Shown here piece after piece: positions 1 through 10,293 of a stretch of 64,000 nt of DNA (its first letter is position 1; each line of letters opens with the position of its first letter). The notes beneath the pieces were generated by a model. That model saw only the letters and a list, made by a program, of their open reading frames with translations. It had not been told where the DNA came from and did not search any database. This DNA is from Candidatus Kapaibacterium sp. (GTDB taxonomy: Bacteria; Bacteroidota; Ignavibacteria; Kapaibacteriales; UBA2268): contig OY762428.1 in assembly GCA_963665665.1 (NCBI GenBank), positions 2,368,001 to 2,432,000 on the forward strand, written 5' to 3'. The position numbers and the translations under genes were made by a program.

Positions 1-1761
1 ACTCATTATACAGCTTTCATAGCGCCGCTTCCTCTTTTACTGGCATCATTTATTATGGCTAAGGGATTCAGGAAATTCTTCCCGGTGATCCTGTCTGCTA
101 TCAGTATTGTGATGATGATAAATTCTCAAACTATTCTTACCCTGCCAGGCCGGGACAAAGCGCCGGTAGAGCACAGGCACTGGGATGCCATGGCAAAAAT
201 CAAGATTTATAAATATAATGAAGATTACAAAGGCCTGATAACTGACAATCATGCTTCTTCAACAGTTATCGGATTCAATGGCGATTTCAATGATCCTGAA
301 TTGAAGAATTATAATTTCTTCGGAGCGGATTTTGGCTATCTTGTCCGGAGATTTGATAATTGCAAATTTCTTGCCCTCGGGGCAGGTGGCGGAAAGGACG
401 TGATGCACGCACTTGTTGAAGGTGCTGCCGAAGTGCATGCAGTAGAAGTTAATCCATACATAAATTATCTTTTAACTTCCGGGCGGCTGGCATCATTTAC
501 AGGGAATATTTACAAAGATCCGCGAGTAAAGGTTATTACCGAGGACGCGCGTTCATATATCCGCGGCAGCGACCGCAAATATGATATAATATTTTCTTTC
601 AGTTCAAATACTTATGCAGCTCTTGCCTCGGGAGCCTTCGCCCTGGCCGAAAACTATATATATACAAAAGAAGCCTTTGTTGATTACTGGAATGCTTTGT
701 CGGATAACGGCTTTTTGGTAATTGAGCATCATTACTATGTGCCAAGGCTTCTGTCGGGAATGCTTGAAGCCCTCGGGGATTTAGAAATAGCGGATTACAA
801 AAGGCATTTTGCTGTTTATGGTATGCCGGAATGGAACAGGCAGCTGATACTTCTATCAAAAAAACCGCTTGATGCTGAAATACTGAAAAATGCACTTGGC
901 GGGCTTGGCAGTAAGAATTTCGGAATTTATCTTATATACCCCGGCCCTCCGAACCTTGATAACCATATTATTAACAGAATAATAAGGGACGGATGGGAAA
1001 AATCATCTGAATATGCCGGTTTTAAAATTTCTCCTTCCACCGACGACAGCCCTTTTATACCGCAGCTTGGATTGTGGGAAAACTTTTCTTTAGAACAACT
1101 TGCAAATATTGAGGAGTTTTCTGAATTTCTCGGATTTCCGCTTGCATATACCGTTATCATAACAATTTTGGGAATTTCCATAATAATTATGATGCCGCTG
1201 AACCTTATACCATATTTTCGGCCCGGACCAAAGCTCGGTATATTCCAATGGATTTATTTTTTCCTGATAGGTGCGGCTTTTATGGGAGTGGAAGTTGTTC
1301 TGATCCAGAGATATACCTTGCTGATAGGGGTTTCTGTTTACAGTACCGTTGCAGTTTTGATGGCGATGCTTGTAATATCAGGCCTGGGAAGCCGTTTTTG
1401 TGAAAAATTCAATTTAAAGTATGCTCTTTCGATAATAATATTGTTATTGTTGTTCGAAACAGCTATAGCTCCGGAGATAACTTTGCTTTTTGCCAGGTCG
1501 TCAGTATCCGTTAGAATTCTGGCATCAATATTATTAATATCGCCATTATCATTCTTCATGGGAATGCCTTTTCCGCTTTTTGGCAAAAATACAGGGGAAT
1601 TAATCGATTGGGGATTTGCCGTAAACGGAACAGCATCTGTTATCGGTTCGGCTCTTGCCGTTTTTATTTCTATCTCGTGGGGATTTTCAGTTGCATTGAT
1701 ATTTACTGCTCTTTTGTATACATTAGCATTCGTAATTATATTTACCAGAGTTGATAAATAA
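1..1761 (+). CDS. Spermidine-synthase-like SAM-dependent methyltransferase with C-terminal multi-TM domain (5' truncated by window edge)
   Basis: SAM-binding motif LALGAGGGKD, then VEVNP, EDAR and YDIIF; several hydrophobic helices at the C-terminus. The frame is open from base 1 (THYTAFIAPLPLLLASFI-MAK), so the real start lies upstream. Confidence 0.75.
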   Translation, partial: THYTAFIAPLPLLLASFIMAKGFRKFFPVILSAISIVMMINSQTILTLPGRDKAPVEHRHWDAMAKIKIYKYNEDYKGLITDNHASSTVIGFNGDFNDPELKNYNFFGADFGYLVRRFDNCKFLALGAGGGKDVMHALVEGAAEVHAVEVNPYINYLLTSGRLASFTGNIYKDPRVKVITEDARSYIRGSDRKYDIIFSFSSNTYAALASGAFALAENYIYTKEAFVDYWNALSDNGFLVIEHHYYVPRLLSGMLEALGDLEIADYKRHFAVYGMPEWNRQLILLSKKPLDAEILKNALGGLGSKNFGIYLIYPGPPNLDNHIINRIIRDGWEKSSEYAGFKISPSTDDSPFIPQLGLWENFSLEQLANIEEFSEFLGFPLAYTVIITILGISIIIMMPLNLIPYFRPGPKLGIFQWIYFFLIGAAFMGVEVVLIQRYTLLIGVSVYSTVAVLMAMLVISGLGSRFCEKFNLKYALSIIILLLLFETAIAPEITLLFARSSVSVRILASILLISPLSFFMGMPFPLFGKNTGELIDWGFAVNGTASVIGSALAVFISISWGFSVALIFTALLYTLAFVIIFTRVDK

Positions 1762-2089
1762 ATATAGAATAGATAATTATCAAATATTTCGGGGTATTAA
1801 TTGAGGATTATATGTGCATATATATGCAATAAGAAAATGTATTTCATGTCGTGATATTCGTGACATGAAAAAAAAATAAAAAAAATTTAAAAACAGAGTA
1901 ACTTTTATGTCTTTACCCTGTTAGAATATTTTTGAAGGAAAGTTTAAAAAAAAACGGGTGATTATATATATACATTTTTTTTTCAGGAAATATTTTCTTA
2001 TTATTATCTTCGGTATTTTGATAAAAACTATGAGGCTAATTAAATTGAACTTTATCACCAATAAATTATTCTATTTTGAAGGAGCTTAT

Positions 2090-5000
2090 ATGAAATCAAG
2101 AATTACAGGATTTCTGATGGCTTTCATGGCGTTAATATTGATGGCTCAGTCTGGTGCTCAGGCAAGCGACAATATTGACATGAAAGAGATCAAAAAAAAT
2201 CTACAGGAACTTTTAGGTGCGAATAATGTGGGGAAGGAATTCTGGATTTCCAATCCGCCATGTTACGAGGAGACTGCCGGTAACAACTTTGTTAAAATCT
2301 TTATAACATCACCTGTTAAAACACAGGTTATCGTTGAAGTGCCCGGCAAAGGTTTTTACAGAAACCAGATGACAATTCCAAATGATGTTATTCAGTTTGA
2401 TATTCCCCCGTCGATAGGCCAGGTAATATCAAAGGGTGTACGTGAAGTACCTGCACCTGAGGAAGTGTATATTGGCGCCGGCGTTCACATCTACGCTGAT
2501 GACCCTATTGTTGTTTATTGTGTTGTTCGTTTCCAGGCTACAAGTGACGGTTATCTTGCAATTCCTGTTTCAGCACTCGGTAAAGAATATATCGTGGCTG
2601 CATACGAGGAAGATCCGATGTTCAAAGCCGTATGGAGCGATCATTTTCCGTCAACTACATGTATTGTGGCTCCGCATGACAAAACAAGAGTTACTTTTAT
2701 CATGGGAGGTAACGGTTTTTCGAAAACAGCAGGCGGACTTAAACCGGGCGATGCTACTACAAAAACCCTTAACAAAGGTGATGTATGGATGTTTATGTCC
2801 TATGGTGACGGTGTAAATGCTGACCTTTCAGGCAGCCGTGTTTTTGCAGATAAACCTATCGGAATGGTTTCAGGTAACCAGTGTACAAACATTCCAATCG
2901 GAAACCAATGGTGTGATTATACAGTTGAAATGCAGCTCCCAACAAATGTTTGGGGCAAGCACTACCATGTTGCCAAGGTTCCGGGCCGTAAATTCCCCTC
3001 TATTATCAGGGTTTTCGGTAAGGAAGAAAATACTGACATTTTCCGTAACGGTAACAAAGTTAGTGAAGTAAAAACTGTTGGTGGGGTTATTGGTAAGGGC
3101 TATCAGGAAATGCGTATGGGGCCGTTTATCGAAAACCAGAACAAGTCCTGCGTTATATCCGGTGACAAACCAATTGGTGTTACACTTTATAACTGTGGTG
3201 TGCAGGAAGACGGCTATCCACTTCCAAACTCCGATCCGTTTGTTGAAGTGCAAACGCCTATTGAGCAGTATCAGGATGAAATAACCTTCTGTACTCCTGC
3301 TACATTTGGCGGCGACTTCTTTATGGAGAACTACCTGAATGTTGTTTATGAAACCGACGAATCAGGCGTTATTCCTCCCGATCTAATGTATGCTGAAGTA
3401 TCCGGCGGAAGGTATGAATGGATCAAAGTAAGGGACAAATTCCCCGGAACCGGCGAATTATTTACTTACGACGTTGACGGCAGGAAATTTGGTACTCACA
3501 CACTGACACTTCCAACCGTAGGTGTGTTCAAAATTAAAGCAGACAAACCATTTGCTGCTTATTCTTATGGTTATGACTGGTGTGATTCTTATGGTTATCC
3601 CACATCAGCCGCTCTTGCAGATCTTGAAAAACCCGATACTATACCGCCGGCTCCGGAATGGACTATGGAATGTGATGGAAATGTGAATGCTGACGGTAAA
3701 ACATTAGTTACAGATTATCCTGACGATGAAGAAGTAAGGTCTAACCTTGCAAAAATTATTTTCTTCAGGGATAGTTCTGATAATTATGACTTATGGTACA
3801 ACGAATTTATTCCGGGTGTTGATTGGGTAACTGAATGGGGATTGAATATTCTTAATCCTGAAGAAGATGCCAGAGCTTTGATCGGCTTTACTGACCGTCG
3901 CGGTAATGATACTATTCTTGATATCAGGTATTATGCCGTGAAGCTGGACATTATACCCGAAGAATATGACTTCGGCAAGCTTAAATTGAACGAAGAAAGA
4001 GTTCATGACTTTAAAGTTGTTAATAAAGGAGAGGGCGACGTTCATATAGTTGAACTTAAGCTTAAATCCAACGACCAGAATTTTGAATTGATGGATTATT
4101 CATTACCGACAGTACTTCCTGCCGGTGGAGAAATGCCATTTAAAGTTAAATTTACGGGCGTTGAACCCGGCTATTTCAAAGATTCTATCGGTGTTGGCGA
4201 TACCTGTTTCTTCTGGTATAAATCGTTTGTTGAAGGATCTGTTGGCGAACCTGAAATTAATGCTGACGACTGGGATTATGGTGATGTTCGCGTTGCTACA
4301 AGTGTAAATCACCAGTTCAATGTGTGGAATACCGGTTCTTCACAGCTTGTGATTACAGGCTATTCCGGCCCGACTAATTCGGTTTATCAGCTTACTGATA
4401 TGATCGAAATCAGCCCGGACAATCCATTGATCCTGGAACCTGGTGTGGAAAATGGTTATAAGTTTAATGTCCGATTCACACCGGATGCTGTTCAGGCTTA
4501 TCCTGACCAGATAATCTTCCACAGTGATGCAAAGGCTGTTGACAGTATAAATGTTATAATGGGACGCGGTATTGCACCGGGGCTCATAGCTAACAGCTAC
4601 GACTGGGGCAGGAAAAGAGTAGGCGCAGGGCCTTATGACTACGAAGGCGACGATTATAATCAGGTTATTACTCTTCGGAATGACGGTTCTGCACCTGTTA
4701 AGGTTTATGATATTGTAATCGAATCCGATTATGAAAATCGCGGTGGAGCCTTTGACTTCGACAGAAATGCTTTCAAAAATATAACCATTCCCAACGGTGA
4801 TTCAATTATAGTACCTGTAAAATTCGACCCGCAGGTAGTTGGACTTCATGAATTACAGATCAGCTATAATAATGATGCTGATTCTGAAACTAAAACAACT
4901 CTTAAAGGTGTTGGTATTCGTCCGAAAATTGCTACTAATGATGTTGATTTCGGTACAACACTTGTAGATGCACCGACTCCGAATATTGGCGACAGGAAAG

Positions 5001-6481
5001 TATTCTTTAAGAACACTCCCTGGACTGATCCTGTTGACGGGCTTGATGTTTCTGATGAATTAACTCTTACAGGTTTCAGAATTGATCCTGCAAATGGTAT
5101 TTCTGATGATGCTGCAAACCGTGGTTCACAGGGATTCCTGTTCGACAGGAACAATATCGATCATTCTGAGGATGGCGTTGTTTCATTGGATAATCCGATT
5201 GTTCTTCAGCCGGGTGATTCAATTGAAATAGTTGATCCTGATTTCGTTGCACAGTTCAACGGAGCACATCAGGCAACAATTGAGTCTATTACAGACTGTC
5301 TGGATGAAGCTTTATCCAAATGGACCGGTTATGGTATCTCTCAGGGTATTACTGCCCGCGGAGGATCCTCGAATATTTGTATCTGGGAAGAAGATATAAT
5401 CACATGCGAAATTGAAAATACAGGCGATGCTGATATCCAGGTTACTTCGCTTTCCTTCGAACCTGATACATATTCAGAATTCCAGTTTGTTAACCCGGGT
5501 ATTGCAGCAGGATTTAATATCACTCCGGGCGAAATAGTAGAAGTTCAGGTCAGGTACGTTCCTACAGTTCCGATGCCTGAAACAACAGTTGAGCTGGTTG
5601 TTGAAAATAATTCCTTAACAAATCCTGAAGTAAGAACTGACATTGTTGGTTCAAGTGTTCATTACGACAGAACTACTTCTTCGGGTGTGACATCAGGCAA
5701 GAGCGGTACAGCAGGAGTTTATGAGATCAATGAATTGTTCAAATATGCTATCATGCTTGATAACAATGGTGCTGACAATAATCATCAGCTTGCAAGTGTT
5801 TACGAGATGGACGTAGTTATTCAGTACAAAAATGATTTCTTTGATTTGCCGCCGAATGACGATGATGCCATAAGCCTTGGTTCTGATTACGAAAATGGTT
5901 TCAGGATTAAAGACGGAACACTTAATGTTGGAATGACCGGCCCTGATAATACTATTAAACAGATCAGCTTTACTATCGAATCAGTTGATGGCGATCAGAT
6001 TATGGTTCCCGGACAGCTTGTTTCGATTAATTTCTGGACATTCCTGCCATCATATAATGAAGAGAATGAAGGAATTGACATCAAGAGGAAAACAGTTGAA
6101 ATCACTCACATGGTGACTGCTCCGGATACAAGATGTGTTGATTATACGTCTGAACCTATTGATGCTACATTACTTCCCGTATGTGTTAATGATATGCGCC
6201 AGGTAGTATTCGGCGATGTTGATTTCACAATGAAAATTAATCCTAACCCGGTTGGCTCAAATGGCGCTGATGTTGATTACAGCGTTGGCCTTAGCGGATA
6301 CACTGAGATTAATATTGTTAATTCAGCTGGTAATATAGTTGATACGCCTGTAGCAAAAACACTTTCATCTGGCAACTACTCATTCAGGCTGCCAATTGAT
6401 AAACTTCCTTCAGGTGTTTATATTATCAGGATGAAATCAGGTCAGTTCGAGAAAAACCAAAAACTGGTTATTGATAAATAA
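2090..6481 (+). CDS. T9SS-secreted IgGFc-binding-domain protein with choice-of-anchor D/ASH-type Ig repeats
   Basis: GGAG RBS before ATG 2090, signal peptide, IgGFc_binding-like motifs (GKEFW, SDGYLAIPVSALGKEY, DLSGSRVFADKPIGMVSG, SYGYP), repeated DFG..V.N.G Ig domains, C-terminal NPNP...LPSGVYIIRM CTD. Confidence 0.8.
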   Translation: MKSRITGFLMAFMALILMAQSGAQASDNIDMKEIKKNLQELLGANNVGKEFWISNPPCYEETAGNNFVKIFITSPVKTQVIVEVPGKGFYRNQMTIPNDVIQFDIPPSIGQVISKGVREVPAPEEVYIGAGVHIYADDPIVVYCVVRFQATSDGYLAIPVSALGKEYIVAAYEEDPMFKAVWSDHFPSTTCIVAPHDKTRVTFIMGGNGFSKTAGGLKPGDATTKTLNKGDVWMFMSYGDGVNADLSGSRVFADKPIGMVSGNQCTNIPIGNQWCDYTVEMQLPTNVWGKHYHVAKVPGRKFPSIIRVFGKEENTDIFRNGNKVSEVKTVGGVIGKGYQEMRMGPFIENQNKSCVISGDKPIGVTLYNCGVQEDGYPLPNSDPFVEVQTPIEQYQDEITFCTPATFGGDFFMENYLNVVYETDESGVIPPDLMYAEVSGGRYEWIKVRDKFPGTGELFTYDVDGRKFGTHTLTLPTVGVFKIKADKPFAAYSYGYDWCDSYGYPTSAALADLEKPDTIPPAPEWTMECDGNVNADGKTLVTDYPDDEEVRSNLAKIIFFRDSSDNYDLWYNEFIPGVDWVTEWGLNILNPEEDARALIGFTDRRGNDTILDIRYYAVKLDIIPEEYDFGKLKLNEERVHDFKVVNKGEGDVHIVELKLKSNDQNFELMDYSLPTVLPAGGEMPFKVKFTGVEPGYFKDSIGVGDTCFFWYKSFVEGSVGEPEINADDWDYGDVRVATSVNHQFNVWNTGSSQLVITGYSGPTNSVYQLTDMIEISPDNPLILEPGVENGYKFNVRFTPDAVQAYPDQIIFHSDAKAVDSINVIMGRGIAPGLIANSYDWGRKRVGAGPYDYEGDDYNQVITLRNDGSAPVKVYDIVIESDYENRGGAFDFDRNAFKNITIPNGDSIIVPVKFDPQVVGLHELQISYNNDADSETKTTLKGVGIRPKIATNDVDFGTTLVDAPTPNIGDRKVFFKNTPWTDPVDGLDVSDELTLTGFRIDPANGISDDAANRGSQGFLFDRNNIDHSEDGVVSLDNPIVLQPGDSIEIVDPDFVAQFNGAHQATIESITDCLDEALSKWTGYGISQGITARGGSSNICIWEEDIITCEIENTGDADIQVTSLSFEPDTYSEFQFVNPGIAAGFNITPGEIVEVQVRYVPTVPMPETTVELVVENNSLTNPEVRTDIVGSSVHYDRTTSSGVTSGKSGTAGVYEINELFKYAIMLDNNGADNNHQLASVYEMDVVIQYKNDFFDLPPNDDDAISLGSDYENGFRIKDGTLNVGMTGPDNTIKQISFTIESVDGDQIMVPGQLVSINFWTFLPSYNEENEGIDIKRKTVEITHMVTAPDTRCVDYTSEPIDATLLPVCVNDMRQVVFGDVDFTMKINPNPVGSNGADVDYSVGLSGYTEINIVNSAGNIVDTPVAKTLSSGNYSFRLPIDKLPSGVYIIRMKSGQFEKNQKLVIDK

Positions 6482-6514
6482 GCCTGTATTTCACAGAATT
6501 AATTTCTGAATTTT

Positions 6515-6546
6515 GGGCCTCATTTGATTATGAGGCCCTTTTTTTT
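6515..6546 (+). terminator. Rho-independent terminator
   Basis: GGGCCTCAT-ttgatt-ATGAGGCCC stem followed by a T8 tract, just after the 6481 stop. Confidence 0.85.
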
Positions 6547-6651
6547 GCATAAAACCGAAACTTTTGTAAATTCTGCTTGTTAAGATTAATATATTATTAT
6601 AGATTTATAGCTATAATATTTTAGAATTTTGGGATTACTCCCGGAGAATAT

Positions 6652-9531
6652 ATGAAACAGATATTTACTACGGCTTTATTATTTACATTATTGACGATTT
6701 CATCCGGACTTTGTGCTTTTGCTCAGGATACTTTAGCCCCGGCTCCTCTTTGGAAGTTAAATTGCGACGGCAATGTATATGGCGCTACTGTTACAGATAA
6801 ACCTGACAGCCCCGGAGAAAGATCGAATCTGAATGAAATTATTTTTGACAGTGCGAATAGTTTCAATTATGATTTTCAGTATGCTGAATTTAATCCGGGT
6901 GACGTTATTACCACCACCTGGGAGTTAAGAATAATTGACAACATGAAGGATGCCAGGGCTGTTATAACATTTTCGGATGTTGCCGGTAATGATTCTACGC
7001 TGAAAATTGAATTTTCACCGCCAAAGATAGAAGTAACCCCGGGATATATTGATTTCGGAAAAACTGATCCCGGCGAGAGTGCTTATAGTGCTATTTTAGT
7101 TAAAAACCTTTCTTCAAATAGCGATTTTGTTGTTGATCATCTGAGTTTCAAATCCGGAAAAACTGATTTCAAATTTGTAACTCCGTCCCTGCCTTATCCC
7201 ATAGCTCCGGGAGACACGCACAGCTTCAATATTGAATTTCTTACAGATAAGGAAGGTATTTATGTTGATTCCGTTATTGTTGGTGATACCTGCATCCGGT
7301 TCAACACAACAGGACTAAAAGCAGAAGTAGGCAGCAGTGTGATAAATGTTTCGGATATTGATTTTGGCAATATTGCTCTTGGGGCGAGTGATACAATGAC
7401 ATTTACAATAGCAAATGAAGGCGACTCCCAGCTTAGTATAAGCGATATTAGCGGGCCTGTGCTATCGGTATATGAACTGATTGATTTCAGGCTTCCTACC
7501 CCCGGAGATCCGATCATCATTCCTGCAGGGTTGGATATTCAGGTAAAAGTACGATTTTCCCCTGATACCGAGGGGCAGTTCGATGATGAAATAGTTTTTA
7601 CTTCAAATGCTAAAGGAGCTGATAGTACAGCATACCTGAAAGGCAGGGGAATAAACCCTGAGTTGAATGTTGACGGGATTTATTTCGGAAGGATAAATAT
7701 TAATGATTTTCCCATAAATGAGCAATACATTAAGATATTTAATCCCGATGAAACCAAGGTGACAATTGAAAGTATTGAAATTGTTTCCAATATCAAATCC
7801 ACTGATGTTTTTCTTATCGACAAGACATCTGTTGTTGGGATATCCATTGGCCCTAAAAGTACGCTTGCAGTACCGGTTGAATTTGTTCCGGATGCAATCG
7901 GATATTATGAAATTAAATTTCAGATAAAAGACAGCAAAAATATTAATCCGGTTGGAATTGTTGCAGGTACAGCTATCGAATCAAAAATTGAATATTCCGA
8001 CCATTTGTTTGATCCCACAATTCTTAATGATTTTTCTAACCCTGCAAAATCCCAGGTGCCGGTCCGCTTCCTTAATACCCTTCATTATGATATTGACAGG
8101 CCGGATACATTGCTTTCCGATAATATTATATTTACGGATTATATTATCGGCCCTTCAAATGATGCCATTTCAGATGATGGCACAAATTGGGGATCGGAAG
8201 GATTTCGGTTTGATAAAAATGCTATTGAATTAACCGACGGTTCTACTACTAATTTGCCCAAACAGGTTCAGCCGGGTGAATATATTGAAATCGATGCTGA
8301 TTTTGTTTCCATAAAAAAAGGATGGCACAAGGCAAACTTTACAGTTGCTGACAGCAGGGGAAATGAATATAAATCCGAATGGTCGGGCTTTTGGCAGGCA
8401 AGTGGTTTCTATTCTATTCCGGAAACCGACAATGCATCATGCTGCGTGCATGAAACAGCATCTATTGCCTGCATAATGGGTAATAAAAACGGCAGTGGCG
8501 GAGTACTTGAAGTTAGTTCATTAGAATTTTCTCCGGCAATTCCACAGCTTTCTTTGTCTGATAATTCGCTTATGAACGGATTCAGTATTTCCGACGGAGA
8601 TTCTATTAATTTTGATATTGTTTTCCAGCCAGATGCCATTATTGCCGAAAATGTTACCCTGATTATCAATAACGACCCGGAAAATGAGCTTAATATAAAC
8701 TTCTCTGTTCGATCCTTCGACCATAAAGCAATGTCCTCGAATACATTACTTTCTTACCCGGACAATATGATAAAACCTGAAGAGCAGATAACATACATGA
8801 TTGACTTAAAAACGGAAGCCGAATTCGATCTTGCCGGTATAACTGAATTTGATATATACCTGCAATATGAAAATGATTTTATTGAAATTCCCGATACAAA
8901 CTGGGATAACATTAATATTTCAAATCCAATTATCCCGGGTGATCTGATTAAGGATAAATTCAACATGAAGGATGTTGAAACAATATCCGATACCGATGGG
9001 CTAAAGACTGTCAGATTCAATTTTGTAAGCAGGGACGGTAGTATTTTAAAGGGCAACGGAAATTTGTTTGGTGTTAAATTTTACGGGCTTCTGCCTTCAT
9101 GGCTTCCTGATGAAAATTCAACCCCGGCCGATAGTATTGCAAAAATAAAATCAATGGTAATTCCCCGAGTTCTTGTTGAATGTGCTGAAATTGCCCCTGA
9201 TTCTCTTGAAATAGGAATGGATGGGGTATGTGGCTATGGCATTAGGCAAATTGTAATCAGTGCTAATGATTATGATGCCGGCGAAATAACGCCTTCTGTA
9301 ACTTCAGGTGCTGAAATAAACTTTAACTATTCCCTCGGGTTATCATCCGATTCAAATATTGAAATTTATGACTTGCAGGGCCGGACTGTACGTTCAATTT
9401 ACATCAAAAAACAAAAATATGGATCTCATACTGAAATAATTAATATTGAGAATATTAATAATGGTATGTATTTCCTCAGATTTACTTCAGGGCCGTTTTC
9501 AGCCACAAAAAGTTTTATTATAAACAGGTAA
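6652..9531 (+). CDS. T9SS-secreted choice-of-anchor D/ASH Ig-repeat protein, paralog of the upstream gene without the IgGFc domain
   Basis: GGAG RBS, signal peptide, DTLAPAPLWKLNCDGNV...RSNL aligns to DTIPPAPEWTMECDGNV...RSNL of the upstream protein; DFG Ig repeats; CTD IYDLQGR...NGMYFLR. Confidence 0.8.
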   Translation: MKQIFTTALLFTLLTISSGLCAFAQDTLAPAPLWKLNCDGNVYGATVTDKPDSPGERSNLNEIIFDSANSFNYDFQYAEFNPGDVITTTWELRIIDNMKDARAVITFSDVAGNDSTLKIEFSPPKIEVTPGYIDFGKTDPGESAYSAILVKNLSSNSDFVVDHLSFKSGKTDFKFVTPSLPYPIAPGDTHSFNIEFLTDKEGIYVDSVIVGDTCIRFNTTGLKAEVGSSVINVSDIDFGNIALGASDTMTFTIANEGDSQLSISDISGPVLSVYELIDFRLPTPGDPIIIPAGLDIQVKVRFSPDTEGQFDDEIVFTSNAKGADSTAYLKGRGINPELNVDGIYFGRININDFPINEQYIKIFNPDETKVTIESIEIVSNIKSTDVFLIDKTSVVGISIGPKSTLAVPVEFVPDAIGYYEIKFQIKDSKNINPVGIVAGTAIESKIEYSDHLFDPTILNDFSNPAKSQVPVRFLNTLHYDIDRPDTLLSDNIIFTDYIIGPSNDAISDDGTNWGSEGFRFDKNAIELTDGSTTNLPKQVQPGEYIEIDADFVSIKKGWHKANFTVADSRGNEYKSEWSGFWQASGFYSIPETDNASCCVHETASIACIMGNKNGSGGVLEVSSLEFSPAIPQLSLSDNSLMNGFSISDGDSINFDIVFQPDAIIAENVTLIINNDPENELNINFSVRSFDHKAMSSNTLLSYPDNMIKPEEQITYMIDLKTEAEFDLAGITEFDIYLQYENDFIEIPDTNWDNINISNPIIPGDLIKDKFNMKDVETISDTDGLKTVRFNFVSRDGSILKGNGNLFGVKFYGLLPSWLPDENSTPADSIAKIKSMVIPRVLVECAEIAPDSLEIGMDGVCGYGIRQIVISANDYDAGEITPSVTSGAEINFNYSLGLSSDSNIEIYDLQGRTVRSIYIKKQKYGSHTEIINIENINNGMYFLRFTSGPFSATKSFIINR

Positions 9532-9612
9532 TATTCCTGATATAGTTTCAGGCCATTCCTAAACACATTTTATGACAGAGCCTGATCCGGAGAAGTTTAA
9601 AAGATTTGGCAG

Positions 9613-9747
9613 GGAGGCTGTCCAATTAAGCTGGCAGTGTTGTCAAACTGAGCGTAGCGAAGAGTCCATAGCCTGCATGAATACCGGATTCTTCTCAACG
9701 CTTCCGAATGACGAATCGTATGAAGTCAGAAAAAAGAGACATCCTCC
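9613..9747. repeat. MITE/REP-like palindromic intergenic element
   Basis: Terminal IR GGAGGCTGTC/GACATCCTCC (9 of 10 match) enclosing an imperfect hairpin GTCA..CTGAGCGTAGCGAAGAGTCC...GGATTCTTC..ACGCT..GAATGAC; lies between convergent genes. Confidence 0.55.
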
Positions 9748-9755
9748 TTATAATT

Positions 9756-10286
9756 CTATTCAGCGGCCTTTTTCAGTTCAGTCATTGTAAACAGCGGACT
9801 AAGGTTTATATTTATATCTTTCAATTTGGCGGGACCACCTGATTCACGATCGATCACGCAGATAGCATTTTCTATTATTGCGCCTCTTTCGCGAAGTTCG
9901 CCGGATGAAATAACCACCTGGCCCGCACTTGTTACAACGTCTTCGATAACCACAACTTTTTTGTCTTTTATATCTGCGCCTTCGGCAAGCCTCATAGTGC
10001 CGTATTCTTTGGCTTTTTTCCTGACCATTGCAAGCGGTTTACCGGTAAGGGATGATATAATTGTTGCCAGTGGAATGCCGCCCATTTCCAGTCCGGCTAT
10101 TACATCATATTCTTCAGGAAGAAGTTCCACCATAGCTTTGGCAATTTCCATAAGCAAAGCGGGATTGCTTTCGAACTGGTATTTATCAAAGTATTCGTTG
10201 CTGATAACACCCGAGCGAAGTTTGAATTCGCCTGTAATATGGGATGAGTCGTAAATTCCTTTTGCTAATTCTGTTCTGTTCATCAT
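9756..10286 (-). CDS. pyrE: Orotate phosphoribosyltransferase
   Basis: GEFKLRSG...YFD, GLEMGGIPLA, VRKKAKEYG and the PRPP-binding motif VVIEDVVTSAG. Confidence 0.93.
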   Translation of the reverse strand: MMNRTELAKGIYDSSHITGEFKLRSGVISNEYFDKYQFESNPALLMEIAKAMVELLPEEYDVIAGLEMGGIPLATIISSLTGKPLAMVRKKAKEYGTMRLAEGADIKDKKVVVIEDVVTSAGQVVISSGELRERGAIIENAICVIDRESGGPAKLKDININLSPLFTMTELKKAAE

Positions 10287-10293
10287 TTTTCCT

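Noticed and set aside
1842-1876. Hairpin TTTCATGTC...GACATGAAA as a structured RNA
   Set aside because: It is short and AT-rich and followed by an A-run; it cannot be distinguished from a weak terminator or operator.
1958-2089. N-terminal extensions in the ORF track (also murA 28316, pheS 60113, TOPRIM gene 34182)
   Set aside because: Downstream ATGs have better RBSs or match the family N-termini.
9572-9790. 72-aa ORF
   Set aside because: It overlies a palindromic repeat element and the end of pyrE; no RBS or recognisable motif.
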